A stretch of 64,000 nucleotides of DNA from Batkoa obscura (lineage: Eukaryota). Positions 62,949 through 64,000 of this stretch are shown one piece after another. Below the pieces are notes generated by a model. That model saw only the letters and a program-made list of their open reading frames with translations. It did no database searches and was not told the DNA's origin. The position numbers were made by a program, and so were the translations under genes. The stretch's first letter is position 1. Every line of letters begins with the position of its first letter. Location of the stretch: NCBI GenBank assembly GCA_030770535.1, contig JASVEC010000025.1, forward strand, positions 124,001-188,000. The letters are read 5' to 3'.

Positions 62949-64000
62949 ATGTTAAAAAATAATAATAGCAATAATAATAATAGCAATAATAATAATAGCA
63001 ATAATAATAATAGCATAGTTGAAGAAAAGCAGTTTAAAATATTAGAAGAAGAATATGAAACCAATTTATTGAAAGCGTTTAATAAAGAAGGGAAATGTTA
63101 CTTGGATGATAAAAATTATTTAAGTTATCGAATCTATGGCAATGGTAAAAATAAACTTTTATTTATAATGGGTTTAAACGCTACTGGCTCTCATTGGGGT
63201 TATCAAGCCAAGTATTTTGGTAATTTGGAAGATTATCAAGTATGTACTTTTGATAATAGAGGTATTGGTACAAGTTCATGTCCACCTGGCCCATATACGT
63301 AATAATACTTGTTTATTTTTTATTTTTTTACTTATTTGTTTATTTATTTTAGTACTTCTCTTTTAGCCCATGATGCATTGGCATTGTTAAACCATCTGGA
63401 ATGGAATGACAATGTTAATTTAATAGGAGTATCTATGGGAGGTATGATTGCACAACTTATGGCATTAAAACAAATTCAACGTTTTAATTCAGTAACATTT
63501 ACAAGCACTTATAACTCAGCAGCCTTAGTAGTACCAACTACTGAAGATATTCAAATATTTTTTAAAATGTTAAGTAGAACTCGTAGAAAAATGATGCGTC
63601 CATTAATTAAAGTATGTTTTCCTAAACCATGGTTGAAAGAAGAGATATTACCTGGTTTAAGTAATTTTCAATTTTTATTGTCAACATTAAAAAAATTCGA
63701 TTTTGATAGTTCAGAGCGTTATTCAATGGGAGAGTATTGGCAAGCTATCGCAGCATTATTACATAATATACCACCTTATCGTTTAAAGCAGATTAAAAAG
63801 AGCGGAATAAAAACATTAGTATTGCATGGTACTAAAGATAAAATAATAAGACCAACTTATGGTACCTTATTGTCATCAATATTATCATGCCCATTAATCC
63901 AGTTTAAAAATTCAGGCCATATGTTGATGATTGAAAGAGGAATAGAGTATAATTTAATTTTGAGAGCACATATTGAAGGAAAAGAGTTAAATCATTACCT
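62949..64000 (+). CDS. Alpha/beta hydrolase (runs off window end)
   Basis: LFIMGL, FDNRGIG.S, intron ~63299-63352, nucleophile elbow GVSMGG, LHGTKD, SGH; N-terminal (NNNS)n repeat. Confidence 0.88.

Overview
AT-rich eukaryotic DNA with short GT-AG introns. The gene set looks fungal, and the Slo/BK-type channel suggests an early-diverging lineage (inference only). Positions 1-24.3 kb are a gene-free nest of transposable elements: (1) one full-length Sola2-like DDD DNA transposon (21112-23973; 22-bp TIRs, ATAT target duplication, transposase split by two frameshifts) plus six mosaic or decayed copies; (2) about 22 copies of a ~97-bp MITE whose end matches that transposon's right end; (3) five TG...CA solo-LTR-like elements; (4) a decayed APE-RT-RNaseH LINE. 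Positions 24.5-64 kb are gene-dense: a BK-like channel, CGI121, an SRR1-like gene, CWC27, HEM15, STU1/CLASP, SEC59, MSS51, an unknown multi-exon gene, a bHLH factor, NTF2, DUF1308/C7orf25, a Fungal_trans factor, DIS3L2, a Crz1-like C2H2 factor and an alpha/beta hydrolase. The most notable observations are a long multi-stem fold starting exactly at the transposase stop codon, near-pure C>T/G>A hypermutation of some repeat copies, MITEs targeting their parent element at ATAT, and a BK-like channel lacking the TVGYG filter. All assignments come from reading motifs by eye; no searches were run.
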